From the NCBI GenBank assembly GCA_020137815.1, contig CM035360.1:4526001-4590000 (forward strand): 64,000 nt of DNA. Reading direction: 5' to 3'. Below the pieces are notes generated by a model. That model worked only from the letters and a program-made list of their open reading frames with translations. It ran no database searches and was not told where the DNA came from. Numbering within the stretch: the first letter of the stretch is position 1; each line of letters opens with the position of its first letter. This document shows, one piece after another, positions 33,989-48,313 of the stretch. The translations under genes were made by a program, and so were the position numbers. This stretch comes from Hormiphora californensis. Lineage: Eukaryota; Animalia; Ctenophora.

Positions 33989-35130
33989 AAAAATAGAGAG
34001 ATACTTTACGTGTGCTGCAGTGGTTTTATGAATTATAAGTGCGTGACAACTGCCACTTAAAATTTATTCGACCTGCACTGTTACAGTTGGTATAAATTAA
34101 CGAGAGAATGAATATATTACAAATATAATATAGAAGTTATGCAACATAATTGTGAAAATGTGATGCGGAGAATTTTATTACGGAAAACACCTTTTCAGGC
34201 TTTATGACAACACATATAACATGGCTCCTTGTGGTTGAATATTTACGTTATTCAGACTAAGTTACATCGTAGCGCCCCAGCGTCGACATATTTAGAGGCA
34301 TTAGGCTCTGAAATTTTCTTTAAAAAAGTTGTATGCGGTAGCTACCGCATACAACTTTTCTTCTAAACCAGTTGGCCTTTGGCCTTTATTACTCAGCCAA
34401 TTAGAATCCAATTAAAATTTCCCAGTAAAGTTGGCAGCAGACAACACCATATATTAAAAGGCGTGTGCAGCAGTTGTATCTGTGCCTTTTTCTCCCCACT
34501 AGGTACTAAAATAAAAGATAGTTCAAATTTTACTTTCTCTTTTTTAGCTGCCAGTACCCACAGTTATAGTGTCTGTTATTGTGCTTCATGAACTTTTCGT
34601 TACTGTGCTCCAGCTATTAATAGCTGACATTAAATTAGTGAGATGCAGCAGCTCTGTGAGATCATCATCGATTAATCATGTATGTACTAACTGACTACAG
34701 TCATGTTGTTGAAATATATTTTGCACTTTCACAAAAACTCTCTGACTAACTCAGTGTTCCTAGGTTTCTATTCTCGCCGTACTGCTTATTAGTGTAGCCT
34801 ATAATTTCTCTGCCGTGCCTTAAACTCGTCCGCCTTCACTATTATATTAGAAAAGAATTTGAGGATACACCCGCCTTGCAATTGTAAATGACAGACTCTT
34901 TTTCTTCTCTTTTTGTACCCCGCTCTTTGCACTATATATGTACTATAACTGGCACAAGATACCCATCTGTGTGTGTTCGGTGCCTCCCGTCGTAGATACC
35001 CATTATTGTTATGATCTAACCCTCCCTTTACATTTGTGTGTGTGGGCGCCCGAAACACAGTCTAGCCAGGCAAACCCATTACCCACAGCTGTAACAACCC
35101 TCTCCACACATTATAGTCTACGCTCTCGTG

Positions 35131-36279
35131 ATGTCAAACTACTACTTACAATCCGCTCCCCTTCACATCCTCCAAGTTTCCTACTACATCTTCGTCTTGG
35201 TGTTTGGAGGCCTAGCCAACGCCTTCGTCATCTACGCCAGCTACCATTACAGGAGCTTCAACATGGGCCAAACGACAGTGACACTAGTTCGGCATATTGC
35301 CATTTGTGATCTGGGGTTTATTGTGATACCCCTGCTACCAGCCCTTATCACCCATCTCTACCAGAGGTATATCTTTGGACTCATGTTCTGTCACGTGGAA
35401 ACCTACCTGCGGTGTGTGAACTCTGTCTCCCAGATCACACTGGTGTTCCTCATTGCAACGTACCGGGTTATCAGAATTGTCCGCCCTGCTGGGTCCCAAC
35501 GTGGTGCATTCCGCATTTCATCACGTCTCCTGTATGTGATTATTGGGTGTGTGTACGTTGGTAGTGTGATAGTTACCATGGTAACGATAGGACGGGAGGG
35601 TACCTTGTATGCGCCAATGTGTCAGGGATTACTAAACCACACGGACCCCCATATGTATTACCACCAAAGTGCAGGGGAGAAAGGAGTGACAGCAGCTGCG
35701 GGGGGTAACATTTCCCTGGCCACCATCAATGGATCAAATCTGACTAAAATCCCAAAGACTATGATGGAATTCATTATCATAATATTTGTCCCACTGACGG
35801 GCACAATATTAGCCAACTCGGTCATCTGGTGCGCCACAATCCTCCGGCTAGTTCTGGGTATGGGCCGTGTTCGGAACCTAAAACCAATCATCACGATCAC
35901 CGTGGTGTCGTTACAGGTGGCGTTGTCATGGGTACCCATCCTGGTGATCATCATAACACCCAGAACACCTGACACCCTCCTGAAGCTAGAACACATCTCC
36001 CTCAACCTCCATCTCTTCTGGATAACCACCAACCCCCTTGTTTACACGGCGTTTAGCCAGGGATTCCAAGGGTTCTTCCGGGAGCGGATGAGGGATATAG
36101 TGACGTGTGAGGCGTGTAAGAGTAGTGATGCGATCCAGCCCCCTGATACGGCGGTAGTGATGAGGAGGCAGAGTAATGCGGGGGGATCCCTCAGTGAGTG
36201 GAATGATTTGTACCTGCAACAAATGAGACATGCGGGGAGTGAGCCAGCTGATCCAACGAGAGGTCATAGTTTATTGTAA
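35131..36279 (+). CDS. Single-exon rhodopsin-class orphan GPCR
   Basis: Seven hydrophobic segments; GGLAN, IAICDL, FGLMFC, TYR (DRY position), LSWVP, TNPLVY. Confidence 0.92.
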   Translation: MSNYYLQSAPLHILQVSYYIFVLVFGGLANAFVIYASYHYRSFNMGQTTVTLVRHIAICDLGFIVIPLLPALITHLYQRYIFGLMFCHVETYLRCVNSVSQITLVFLIATYRVIRIVRPAGSQRGAFRISSRLLYVIIGCVYVGSVIVTMVTIGREGTLYAPMCQGLLNHTDPHMYYHQSAGEKGVTAAAGGNISLATINGSNLTKIPKTMMEFIIIIFVPLTGTILANSVIWCATILRLVLGMGRVRNLKPIITITVVSLQVALSWVPILVIIITPRTPDTLLKLEHISLNLHLFWITTNPLVYTAFSQGFQGFFRERMRDIVTCEACKSSDAIQPPDTAVVMRRQSNAGGSLSEWNDLYLQQMRHAGSEPADPTRGHSLL

Positions 36280-36335
36280 CGACGTTACTGACAATTTAGT
36301 TATTAATTTATCATTTTAGGTTTCAGATTGAAATA

Positions 36336-36899
36336 TCTCTATTATAAGTTGGAGATGAACGTCGTCGAAGCCGTTCGTTAGGCGGTATCTACGCGACAGT
36401 GCTCCTTCATAGAATACTTTATGTGACCAAAGCTGTAAAGCTGTCATTCACACTTTTGACATGCCAGTCCCCATAGTTACCAATTCAGTTGCCATGGCAA
36501 CCGTGTTATTGACGTTGAAAGGGGCGAAAAAAAACCAACCGGCGAAGCCGGGTGGGTTATTAGAAAGCCCTTACTTGAGGCGCACCCAATGGGTGCGCTA
36601 GTCTCTATGAACGTCGTCGAAGTGGTCGTTCGTTCAGTGTGTTTCTACGCGACAGTGCTCCTTCATAAAACACTTTATAGGCCCAAAGCTGTAAAGCTGT
36701 TGCTCACACTTTTGGAACTTCCAGTGGAAGTTAATTTATATTTTCGAATGACTTTTAACATGCCAGTCACCATGTTTACCAATTCAGTTGCCATGGCAAC
36801 CGTGTTATTGACGTTGAAAGTGGCGAAATGAGCCACACGGCGAAGCCGGGTGGGTTATCAAAAGGCCCTTACTTGAGGCGCGCCCAACGGGTGCGCTAG
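36336..36899 (+). mobile_element. Non-autonomous Helitron, head-to-tail dimer
   Basis: A|TCTCTATTATAAG start. Each unit ends in hairpin gcgc(a/g)cccaa(t/c)gggtgcgc + CTAG. Internal junction CTAG|TC at 36601/36602; final CTAG|T. Confidence 0.8.
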
Positions 36900-37136
36900 T
36901 CTGGTCTCTGGATAGAGTTTTACATTCAATGGTTTGTTGGATGTTATTAAAATAATAATTAATTAATTAATTATTAAGAATGCGGTCCGTGAATCGCTCA
37001 ACGTATGTTTTTTATCTGAATTTGAGTGCAACCAACCATCCATTTGACATTTTAGAATGAATTTTAGAATGAATATGTTTTGTATTTATCTGTGTAATTA
37101 ATTGATTTATTTTAGTTTCGATTCTAAATGTGAATA

Positions 37137-37236
37137 CCGTCGGACCCCGATTTACCAGCCCCTAATTTACTGGAACCAAGATTTACCTGGCAAAAATCCA
37201 TTCCCCCGAGCATCCCGGTAAATCGGGATCCGACTG
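37137..37236. mobile_element. Tc1/mariner-type MITE
   Basis: TA|CCGTCGGACCCCGATTTACC...GGTAAATCGGGATCCGACTG|TA. Confidence 0.8.
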
Positions 37237-37685
37237 TACATGGTATAGATCAGATAAAGACATGGATGCTAGGCCATACGTTTTAGAATTATGATTTATG
37301 AGACCTCCCAAGTGGTGCACTGGTGCATAGCCATGATTATTACTGTAATAATGTTGGCCTATATTTCTCTTCTTCTTATTCCTCAACACGCACGCTAATT
37401 ACACTGGAAAATGATTTTGAATAATCAGCGCTGTGATCAATCACTTCTGCCGGGACTATTGGCTATTCATATATAACACGAGAAAAGAGAGAACCTTGGC
37501 CTTGGGCTTGTGAGTGTGTGGTACCTTTCTGTGGTTCTGCTCCTACAAACTACATACACAATTGGGGCCAGTAGGCATGATCATTGATCATTGATCAAAG
37601 TATTTATCTCTAGCGTTGAAGTGGGTATTGGGTATGGTAGAATTTTATGATTCTACGCCCTCATATAATTACCACATGACCCATC

Positions 37686-37784
<99 letters not shown>

Positions 37785-38525
37785 TTCTCTCTTATCTGTC
37801 ACCCGGCTAAAATCTAAATGATAGATCCAACATCTGCTACCCGCCTCCGACCCCATTGAATTCTCTACGTTATCCACCACATCACATATTGTATTCCGTT
37901 TTCAAATTCGTTCTATAATAATCTTGTTCTCTGGAAAATAATATTCTAATAATATGAGATGCCCTAGTAGTACTGAATTACGTCACATCGTGCTGACGGC
38001 TCACGGGGAGATATATCTCGACATAATATATCCTTTGTTTTTTGTTGTCTGGCTCCCAAACTGCTATAGGTAGTTGTTATTCAATGTTATTTGTATCTCA
38101 CAGGTATAGATATAAGCCCAATAAACCCTCGCTTACTCCAATACTTTTGAATAATTTATACAGAAATTTGAGCTCAGCTAATTTTTGAGGACCATTATTG
38201 ACTAGTCATTTGTCCTCCCTCCAGGTCCCTATCTTATTTCTAACTCCATTCTAACATATGGCCCACACGGCACTCATCCTAAAATGGTTAGCGAGAGGCC
38301 GCATGAGACCTATAATAGGTCCAACAAGACAAGAGGGCTGGAGGAGGTGCAATCATACACCCTTTGTTTGATTTGAGCGTTCATTGTTCAATATCGCTGA
38401 TTGTATGATCGCCCCACCTGTACGTCAGAAGCGTTCGTGATCTAGTTGTACCTTGCCATTCTCTCGTTAACGGCCGGTATGTAACAAATGATTTGATCAT
38501 GCAGGTTTATATAAACACGGATGGT

Positions 38526-38597
<72 letters not shown>

Positions 38598-40357
38598 AAA
38601 AAGAGAGAGAGAAAGAAAACAAAGAGACTCTGCCTGGGAGAGAGTGTATGTACCTGCCAATCTATTTGACAAGATTTGTTTACCCAGTTGACAGGGTCGT
38701 AGCGCGATTTCTCTTTTATTACCTTTCTGTTACACCTACCGTATTACTGACTATCGTATGTACCATATTACTGACTATTGGGGCATACAATGAATTTACC
38801 AGTCGCACGTGAGGGTCAGGGGTCTGAACCAGACACCATTCTTATTATCAGGCTGACCTAGACAACATTCTTATTATCAGGCTGACCTAGACAACATTCA
38901 ATATAGTCGAAGTCTTGTTCATGGGAACTGAACTATATTCTTATTGTTAACCCCGCTAAACTAGACGATATTATTAAGCTGCACTAGACTCGAAGTCTTG
39001 TTCATCTGTTATGGGAACTCCTCATGAGTTACTCCCTCTGTTACTCCTTTGTTCAAAGGTTTAATAGTCCTCCAGGACCAAATATATTAATTCTTGGAAC
39101 TTGTACTATAATGATAATGTTCTTGTTTTCACTTTCACGTGGGCTAGTAAATTGATCAACCCCCCCCCCCCCCACCCGCCCCCCCTGCTTAGTGCTTCGT
39201 TCCACAAAAGACTGCTGTGTGACAAACCCTGCTATAACAATTGAAACAATGCAGTTTGGGGAAACTTCTTATGTTTTCCATTTCTCAACCAGCGCACTTT
39301 GTCCCAGCCTGTTCTAGAAAGACTAAAGACCGTGGTGCTGTAACAACTCATTTTCAGGTGTTAAACAGTCATTTTCCATCTTTTTTATACTCTTTGAGAC
39401 TTTTCATCTAGCCCTCTCCACTCTCTGTCTCCCTCTCTCTAAGATCCATCTGTTTTTACTGAAGAAGTGGGAGAGCAGGGGAAGAGCATGGGGGAAGTGA
39501 TGTAGCAATGTCTGTTGTCTAGATGTACACCTCTATGAATAACGTATGCGAAACTAGAACTTCGCCCTATCCTTTCCTTCCTTTTTTTTCATTTTCTCTC
39601 TTAGCTACTATCTATCCAGTATACAGATCCCTATCTCTTATATCACCCTCTCTCTGTCACGCTCTCTATTTTTCTATCTATCTGCTTCTCTATCTTCTTT
39701 CTACTGTAAGGTGATGTATGGTGATCTTTTCCCTCTTCCACAATTATGACATTGATCATCAGTTACTTGTCTTAACTTGAACCTGACCTAAATTCCGTTC
39801 AAGCGGACTTATCCAACTCTTTTTCTTCCTTTGCAAAAATACCAATACAATCTAAATTCTAACTTTATTATTCCCTAAAATATACTAAGTATTTTTTCGC
39901 TTTACTTTTTATTCAGCTCTACCCCCTGTAATAACTTGCTCACTTCCTAATAATTCCTATTTAATTTGTAGAAGCGCCATCACCTGATCACTGGTACTGG
40001 ACGTCTCCAACATTCTCGGTTCAACATTAAAAGGAGTCACTGAAAATGGTGCCCCTCGTTCTCTCTATCACACTCTACTTTTCCCTCTCTCTATGAAGTA
40101 TTATATTCCTCGCGTTGGTGGTTTTCCTGAAATGAGTGAATAATCATTATTCAGTTCCTTCCCATGGCTGAAATAGTTTCCAAGATTTCTATGTAGTAGA
40201 TCAGGGCGATCGATTTTAGTAATGCGGTCTCTCGTTACAGCTCTCTTTCATTAAAACTTTTATGAAGGAGCAATTCTCTCGTTGCTAACGTCCGTCGACC
40301 GCGTCTACACCCAGTTTAAACACACTAACACTAACTCTCTTACTCACTAACTCTCTC

Positions 40358-40454
<97 letters not shown>

Positions 40455-41870
40455 ACCCATCGCGTACACTTAACTTACAGAGAACAATGCCATCTACAAA
40501 CTACTCGCGTCTGCTTAGGTCTCGCGTCGCAGTCTCTACGGCAGCCTGTACGGCACGCGTCCCAGTCTGTACGGCACTTCATAAAGTTACTAACGATCTT
40601 CTGCACTAACGGCTAACCGGCTGACCACTTAATCTTATTATAATTTCTGTTTCATCTCATAATTAGTACTTTTTTATCAGCCACAAATTGTGTAACCAGT
40701 GTCAGTGGTTAAATGCTGATGAATGAACTAGGCGTGGTGACTGGTCTAGAGCTGCTGGGCTATTAAGAATTTTTATAATTTGTCTGAGGTGCTTGCTTGT
40801 TCTTAGTCACACCGGCTTGTTTCGCCAAAGCTTATGCGATACAACAACACACTCCTAAGGGTATTTTGTGGAAGCTTTAGAACATGTTATAGAATAAAGG
40901 GACAATTAGGTGTCAGTCTTAGCTATTTTTGGCCAACTCGAGTGACGTCGGTGTGCAGTTCATGCAGGTGTTGATTGTTTGTGAATAGCTGGGCAAATTT
41001 ACAGAGAAACAGAGAGTGAGGAACTCATATGAAGACTGAAGAGACAATTGTGACTGGAAGAAACAGAGATATATCAATGAAAAGAGAGATCACAGTCTAA
41101 TTGGGCAATTAAATGTTTGTTGGCAGGCCAAGTTTATTCCACTCTCAACACACGTGCCAGTTACCATGACGCCCAACAATAATTAGAGAGTAATTTCTAA
41201 CTTGTGTTTTATAGATCTTTCCCTATCCCCTCTCTCGCTACATTCCACACACTTTTGTTGTTCTAGATCGGCTAGGCTTAGGTACGCTCAATGTATATAG
41301 TTAGGCGTGAGTGGGTTTAGCAATCTACTATGCATTTCCTTGTCCACAGTCCACACACACTAATTATTGCAGTTGGATGGAGAATGGAATATCTCTATTA
41401 TAATTTTGTTGGACGGAGAATGGGAAGAGATAGATTATTAGTTTCACTGAGAGAGAGAAACAGCTGCTGCCACGTAGCTGTTTAAAGTTCTACATAACAA
41501 CTCTGCAGCGCACACCCGGATATGTGTGTGCAGTGGTTATAACTGCCATTGTTCGTAGTTATAAAACATCTTGTGCTGCGATGATATACATTTAGGTCTT
41601 CCTCCTAGTGCCGTGCTGTGCATAAACCATGCTGCATTCAATCTCCTGATTTAATTTTGGAAGTATATTGCTCGCTCTCTGATTGATATTTCCCACGTGT
41701 GTTCTATGATCTTTCTGAACTGCATTTTGTTGGGTTGATATCATCATGTAAATATTATATCTTATTCTATAAATATATTGCATTAGAAAGACTATTTCTG
41801 ATCTGCGATCATTTTAATTGCTTGTTTGGTGAGCTTTATATTATCCGTGTTTACAATTTCAACACAACCA

Positions 41871-41943
41871 TCCCTACTAAAATTTAGTTCGACACGCGAT
41901 TGTTAAACGATCGATTAACGATCGAACTAAATTTTAGTAGGGA
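41871..41943. mobile_element. Small palindromic MITE
   Basis: TIR tccctactaaaatttagttcga; second copy at 44690-44796. Confidence 0.7.
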
Positions 41944-42562
41944 TACTACTCACCGCCGATCCTCCTAATATAATACTAGGAGGATCGGTGAGAGATAGAG
42001 ATACAGAACGAGAGATAGGCAAACCAATAGAGATAGACAGAGTTAGAGATATATACCAATAGTCCGATAGAGATACACGCCGAGATACAGATAATCGGAG
42101 AGGAAATAAGATGGTTTTACACACACACGGCCAGTTAACCACAAGTGATTATATGCTTTCTCGCTTCCCAGATCCCTGCCTATAGGAATTAGGAGAAAGT
42201 TATACCGTTACCCTCCCTTTCTCCGCGTACTGCAGGAGGGTTAGAAAATACCAAGTGCTCGATCTACCACACAGCTAAAATCTCGCTTGATAGTCCAGGG
42301 TTACTGTATCTCTTTGTCCGACCTTTCAACTCGAATCACCATATTACAATTAGGCAAGTCTCTGATCCTACAGCAAGTCCACTCCATTTTAAGTACCAAG
42401 TGCCTAGTAGTAGCCTGCACCCAGGGTTTTGGCGAATTTAGAGATCATGTTGAGGGGCGAACAAAAGCCGCTATAATACCATTCATACACAGAACGTTAG
42501 TCAACACGATCTATGATCTGCCTCTTCTTCTTTCTCCATAGTCCCTAGCTACTCTTTGCTCT

Positions 42563-42619
<57 letters not shown>

Positions 42620-42976
42620 TCTCTCTCTCCCTCTCTCTCTCTCCCTCTCTCTCTCTATCTCTAAAATATGGATCCCGATCTTCATGATACCAGGATCAGT
42701 TCTCAGAGAGATCTCGTGTTTGGGTGTTCTCGAGTGACCTGCCAAATGATGAAGACGGCAGATGTTTTTTCCGTTTCATTCGTCCTAAAACAGATTTTTC
42801 TCCTTAAATCATGCTAGTTTACGTCTTTTCTTTTCTCACTTTGCTAATCTCCGGCCTGTGTTGTACTGTGTACACTGTACAGCTGCATATACCGCAGTGA
42901 TATAGGTCTGTGAATTTGAGTCCGTCAACTTGTCGACGTCGTTCAATAATGCTTCCTCCAATCCTTCATATTATAC

Positions 42977-43242
<266 letters not shown>

Positions 43243-44215
43243 CCTGCGGCCTTGATCAAAGAGTGCTATTAGTTCCATTGTCAGATCTCGCACACGTAAT
43301 GATGCGTGTGGTAGTCGACTTTGTGACGCATATTATGCTACTCATTAGTCTCGCAATTAAAACCAAAATTTCGTTTATGTACCGAACGAGATGATAATAT
43401 TATGTGCCATACATTTTTATTCTTGTTTATCTTTTTTTCTTTTTTCTCCCTCTCTTTCTTTTTCCATTTCTCTGTTTTTCCTCTCCAACTCTCTCTCCAT
43501 CCCCATCCCTCTCTCTCTAGAAATTCACAGCTGCTATCTTCTGATGTTTTTCCATATAATAGTTGGGTATAATTCCTATAATTATCTAGCTGTTGTTATA
43601 GTGATATTCAGCTCTCCCCCACAAACAGCACACATCAGTTAGACCTGGGTGTGTGTTTTACACTTGTGTGTTGTCATCTCGTTAGATGATCTAAAGTTGT
43701 TGACCGCGCTAATTGCTCCCCTTTTTTCATTCTCTATAGCTGGTTTATCGTTTATGTTTTGCCTCAACATGATATTCTGGATTTAACATAAGGAATTCAT
43801 TGCATGTGTAACCTGCATTTGCCGCCCATAAGTAAAACATTTATCTCGAAAGTCCAATGTGTGAGCTCTTTAAGCAAGGTTAACGACTGGGTTTTGGTTC
43901 TTTTTCTCTCCCCCTTTGACCCATTCTCTAAATTTCCCTTGATCTCTATATGTTATGCGATCCAACTATTTCTCTCCAACTATTCCTCTCGCTTTGTGAT
44001 CTGTCTTTCTGTCTTTTGGCCTCTCCCAATGTATTTTCCTCAAATTCTTGGCCTTGTAACAATATTTTACCCTCTCTCCTATAATCGGTCTTATAGCACG
44101 AATTTTAAATCGAGGGTGTGCCCACTGCCCAGACTCTGCTCTCTATTCTTTCTATAATTACGAGTTAGCTCACATGGTTCACATAGGTGTGTACTGTGTC
44201 CTTATCAAACTCTGC

Positions 44216-44288
<73 letters not shown>

Positions 44289-44689
44289 TTCACCCATCTC
44301 TCTCACCCCCTCTCTCCCTTCGTCCGCGTCAGCCAACTGTCCCCTAGGTAGCATCAAAACCGAATTTCCCGATACCTCTAAATGTAAATGTTTCAAAACT
44401 CTGATGACAACTCTGTGAACGTGTGTCGTATTACGGGTTTTGTAATTCATACAACTTGTTCTGAGTAATCCTCAAGTTATATGTCTATTAGTCAGTAGAC
44501 ACTGTCTGCTATTAATCTCTATTAATCTCTATGTCAAACAGTATTTCAGTAGGAATTTAATACTAAAATACCTAGGATTTCATAATTCATGTAATTATAT
44601 GGCTACCAAATATAATTCACGTGTAATAGCCACGTACTTCTTATAATTCATATCTAATGCTTGTGTGTCATGGACCATTACAATCCAAA

Positions 44690-44796
44690 CCCTACTAAAA
44701 TTTAGTTCGACGCGCGATTGATAAACGATCGATTAACTCGATTGATATCAATCGTTAATCAATCGTTAATCAATCGTGCGTCGAACTAAATTTTAG
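44690..44796. mobile_element. Small palindromic MITE (same family as 41871-41943)
   Basis: ccctactaaaatttagttcgacgcgcgattga...tcaatcgtgcgtcgaactaaattttag. Confidence 0.7.
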
Positions 44797-45478
44797 AGCT
44801 CTACCGTAGTGACACAGGAGCAGTATAACACAAAAGTAAACCCTGTGGTGACTTTTGTATTATAATTCATAGCATCCCCTTGAAGCATACATTATGACAT
44901 TATGTTATTATGATAGAGATCAGCCTTTTCTACCTTGTACTATTTCATCTCCTGTCAAATTCCTTCTCCAACATTCTTTTCACGGTGCTGGCTCTTGTTA
45001 TCGCTACATTTTGTCAACTCAGTCAGTTCTCTGTAGTATCACTTTTAAGTTCTGACGTATTGACCCATCTAGCTTCATATTGACAATGGTTTAGACTCAG
45101 CTTCTGTTTACCTCTTTTTTGGCAATTGTAGCTGTCTTGACGAATTATATGTTTCAACGTTCATCATCATAGAGGTCTGTCTCCTAATTCCTCGTATGTT
45201 TGTTTTTGTTGTGTGCGGGCCATATTTCTGAAAAACTTGTGCAGAGAGCTTTATATTATGTTTCATATTATGTCTCCTAATTTAGCTCACATCATATGTG
45301 TGTCTTTACTTTTTTATTATATGAACTCATGTCCATTCATGAAGCTTCCTTTCTCCCCCTTTGTCCTGGTCGTGGGATGTTCCTTTCATAGCACTGTACC
45401 GCCCACCCCTCTCATTGTTAGCTGTGTGATACACTTTGTACATAGCAACTCTTTGATATCTTTTATAGACTTCCACTT

Positions 45479-45670
45479 CCTCTTTTGATTCACAGGTCCT
45501 ACCTCCCTTGTTGTTTCTCCTCTTTTGATTCACAGCTACCTTTCATATCTTGTTGTTTCTCCTCTTTTGAATCATAGCTACCTTTCTTGTTGTTTCTCCT
45601 CTTTTGATTCACAGCTACCTTTCTTGTTGTTTCTCCTGTCTTGATTCACCTACCTCTCTTGTTTCTCCTA
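45479..45670 (+). repeat. ~37-44-bp pyrimidine-rich minisatellite x ~5
   Basis: Unit ctcttttgattcacagctacctttcttgttgtttctc. Confidence 0.85.
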
Positions 45671-45824
45671 TTTTCTTGTTCTGCTGAACCAGTGAACCCT
45701 CACAGAACGCATGTCATTCTATGAAAATTCCCCGTGAGCCACACAACTCTTTTCTTGTAGCTTACTAACAATTTGGTCTTCGAATTCTCGTCTAACCCCA
45801 TGTTTCCTAGCTCCCCATTACGCC

Positions 45825-46873
45825 ATGGACGATGTTACAAGGGTGCTCCGGCAGGCTGGCGCTGGCAAGGGCCCAAGAGAGATCAAGGACTACGTGAAAA
45901 TAGTGGTACCCATCTACATTGGTATCGTGTGCGTTGTTGGACTCCTTGGCAACATGTTCCTAGTTTTCGCATCCTACAAATTCACTGCTTTCAACACGGA
46001 CAAAGTCTCGGTAATCTTTATCCGGTATCTTGGATCTCTCGATCTCTGCCACATAGTGTTCCTGGTGTTCCCTGCGTTCATCCACATGGTACACCAGTGG
46101 GTATTCGGAGAGATTGGGTGTGTGCTGTTTATCCATGTGGAGCGGTTCCTGAATGCTGCACAGTTTAATGTCCTCCTTCTAATCACCTACCACCGGTTAG
46201 CACGGTGCGTCTGGCCGGTTCGGGCCACCAAATGGACGGTTAAACACGCCCACATGGTGGCGGTTGGGTTGTTGGTGTTCGCGGCGATGGAGATACCTCT
46301 GACATCAATTGTCCTATATGCTAATGATCGTATCGTGATACATTATGATGAGTCAACTGTTGAAGTTGTGGGATGTAGGTTTGAAGATTTGCTTGTTTCA
46401 GCTCAAGGAAATACAACTACTAGCAGTTTGAATTGGTGGTGTTTCATTCAAAACCTAACGGACCCCCTCATTCCTTTTATCCTCGTTATCCTGGGAAATC
46501 TGTTCCTCTGGTTTTTTGCAATTGTTAGCACTCAAAGGATAGAAAAGAAGCCATTGCTGACAATAACACTCATCGTGGTACTGTTAACCTCAAGTTTTCT
46601 GCCCCTGCTCCTGGATCCCAGCAGAGCTTTCTTCAACCTTCGGCCTCATACCCTTAGTTGTGGACTGATGTTCCGTTTTTACTCCGCCAAATATCAATCA
46701 TCGGTATTCCAATTGTGTACACTATCTTCAACAAACCATTCGCTGACTTTTTAGCCAAGTTTGTAGGACAGACTCTGACGCATGGACAGAAAAAGAAGTC
46801 TATCAGACCGAGTCCCTCGGGTGGTGGGCCCTCCAGTCCTCGGACAGACATGACCGTTACTAGTCTTTCTTAG
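45825..46873 (+). CDS. Single-exon rhodopsin-class orphan GPCR, one frameshift near 46650
   Basis: GLLGN, LGSLDL, WVFGEIGC, YHR, SSFLP. TM7 and helix 8 (IPIVYTIFNKPF) lie in the overlapping frame 46658-46873. Confidence 0.88.
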
Positions 46874-47049
46874 AATTTGTGTGCTGTTTTTAATAATTGA
46901 ATTCACTACGAGAGCTATCTTTGCTTGATCTTTTTTTAAAACTCAGCGTTGTACTGTCGAACACATAAACACACGCAATGTTTATAACATCACCATGCAC
47001 GCTCTTCTTCCATCCATCTCTTCCATCTGTTTTACGTGATCTCTCTCTT

Positions 47050-47125
<76 letters not shown>

Positions 47126-48313
47126 ACTCTCTCTTTTCATTCTTGTTCACAATTCGTCCACCAGCTTGCTTCTGATATAAGCTTGACAAGCGACGAACAC
47201 TCAACACATCTTACTCTCTATCTCTCTATCTTTTTCTCCCTCAGATAACATTATCACTGAGATTCAAACATCATTCTCTTTTCATCCACTTCTTCCTCAC
47301 ACTGTTTACATTTAGAGGTTAAGTTTGTGGTTCTAAAATCAAGGATGGAGAGAGGGGATTTCTAACAACTTACAATTACCATGGTCAAAATTTTACCGCA
47401 ATCCATCGTAGTTCCGTACAATGGTGGATTGAAGGAACGACTGGAATTACAGTGAGCGAGCGCCGAGAGGGAAAGTGTGTGATTCGTGAGAGAGATGGAA
47501 GGAAAGAGAGATGGAAGGAGACAGAGAATGAAACCGAACGCTAACCTCCCAATCCTTGTTTTTTCTAACCCCCATCCCTCCGTCCCCACAGTGTAATACG
47601 AACACAACTCCACGTGTTGCGATGGTTTTTAGAGGCGATGAGGAGCGATAATCCAACCACGATGGTGCCAATTACATCTGCTTGGGCTTACAAGTAAGGG
47701 AGAGAGAGAGGGAGATAGGGGATAGAGAGAGTTGCCAACTCAGATTTGGGCCCTCAGGATTTAGCCCTGCTCTCACACAGAGCCTTACGGCCCAGTGTGG
47801 GTGTGGTACGAGTAGTTGACCGAGAGAGAGAGAGACAGGTGGGAAAAGTATTGTATACGTGTAGTGACCATGACAACCCCTTGGAGACACACATTACACA
47901 CGATCAGCACGCTTTGGGCTGTATCATTGTATGGTCACAAGCAGAGAGAGAGAGCGATATTGTGACATGCCTGCTGTGTTGCAGAAACTTGTAGAGCTGT
48001 CATATAAAGTGAGAGAGAACAATACTGTGTCTCTGGACTCTGTGTATAATCGATAGTATTCAAAATGATAAGTTCATGCTTTCCTTATGCCCCGTGGAAC
48101 TGCGGAATAATGAAATCTTGGCATGCATTAGTTTTAACGTGTCGGAGCATATCAAATAATAATTCATCTCCCCCGAATATTGGCCTTTTTGAGGATCACT
48201 CCCCCATCATTACTCGCAGAGAGTTCTGACTTTACGTGACGCGCGATAACATTGGACTTATTTGAGTAAAAAGTACGCATTGTCAGTTTTAGAGCGCGCC
48301 CTACCAATTCAAC

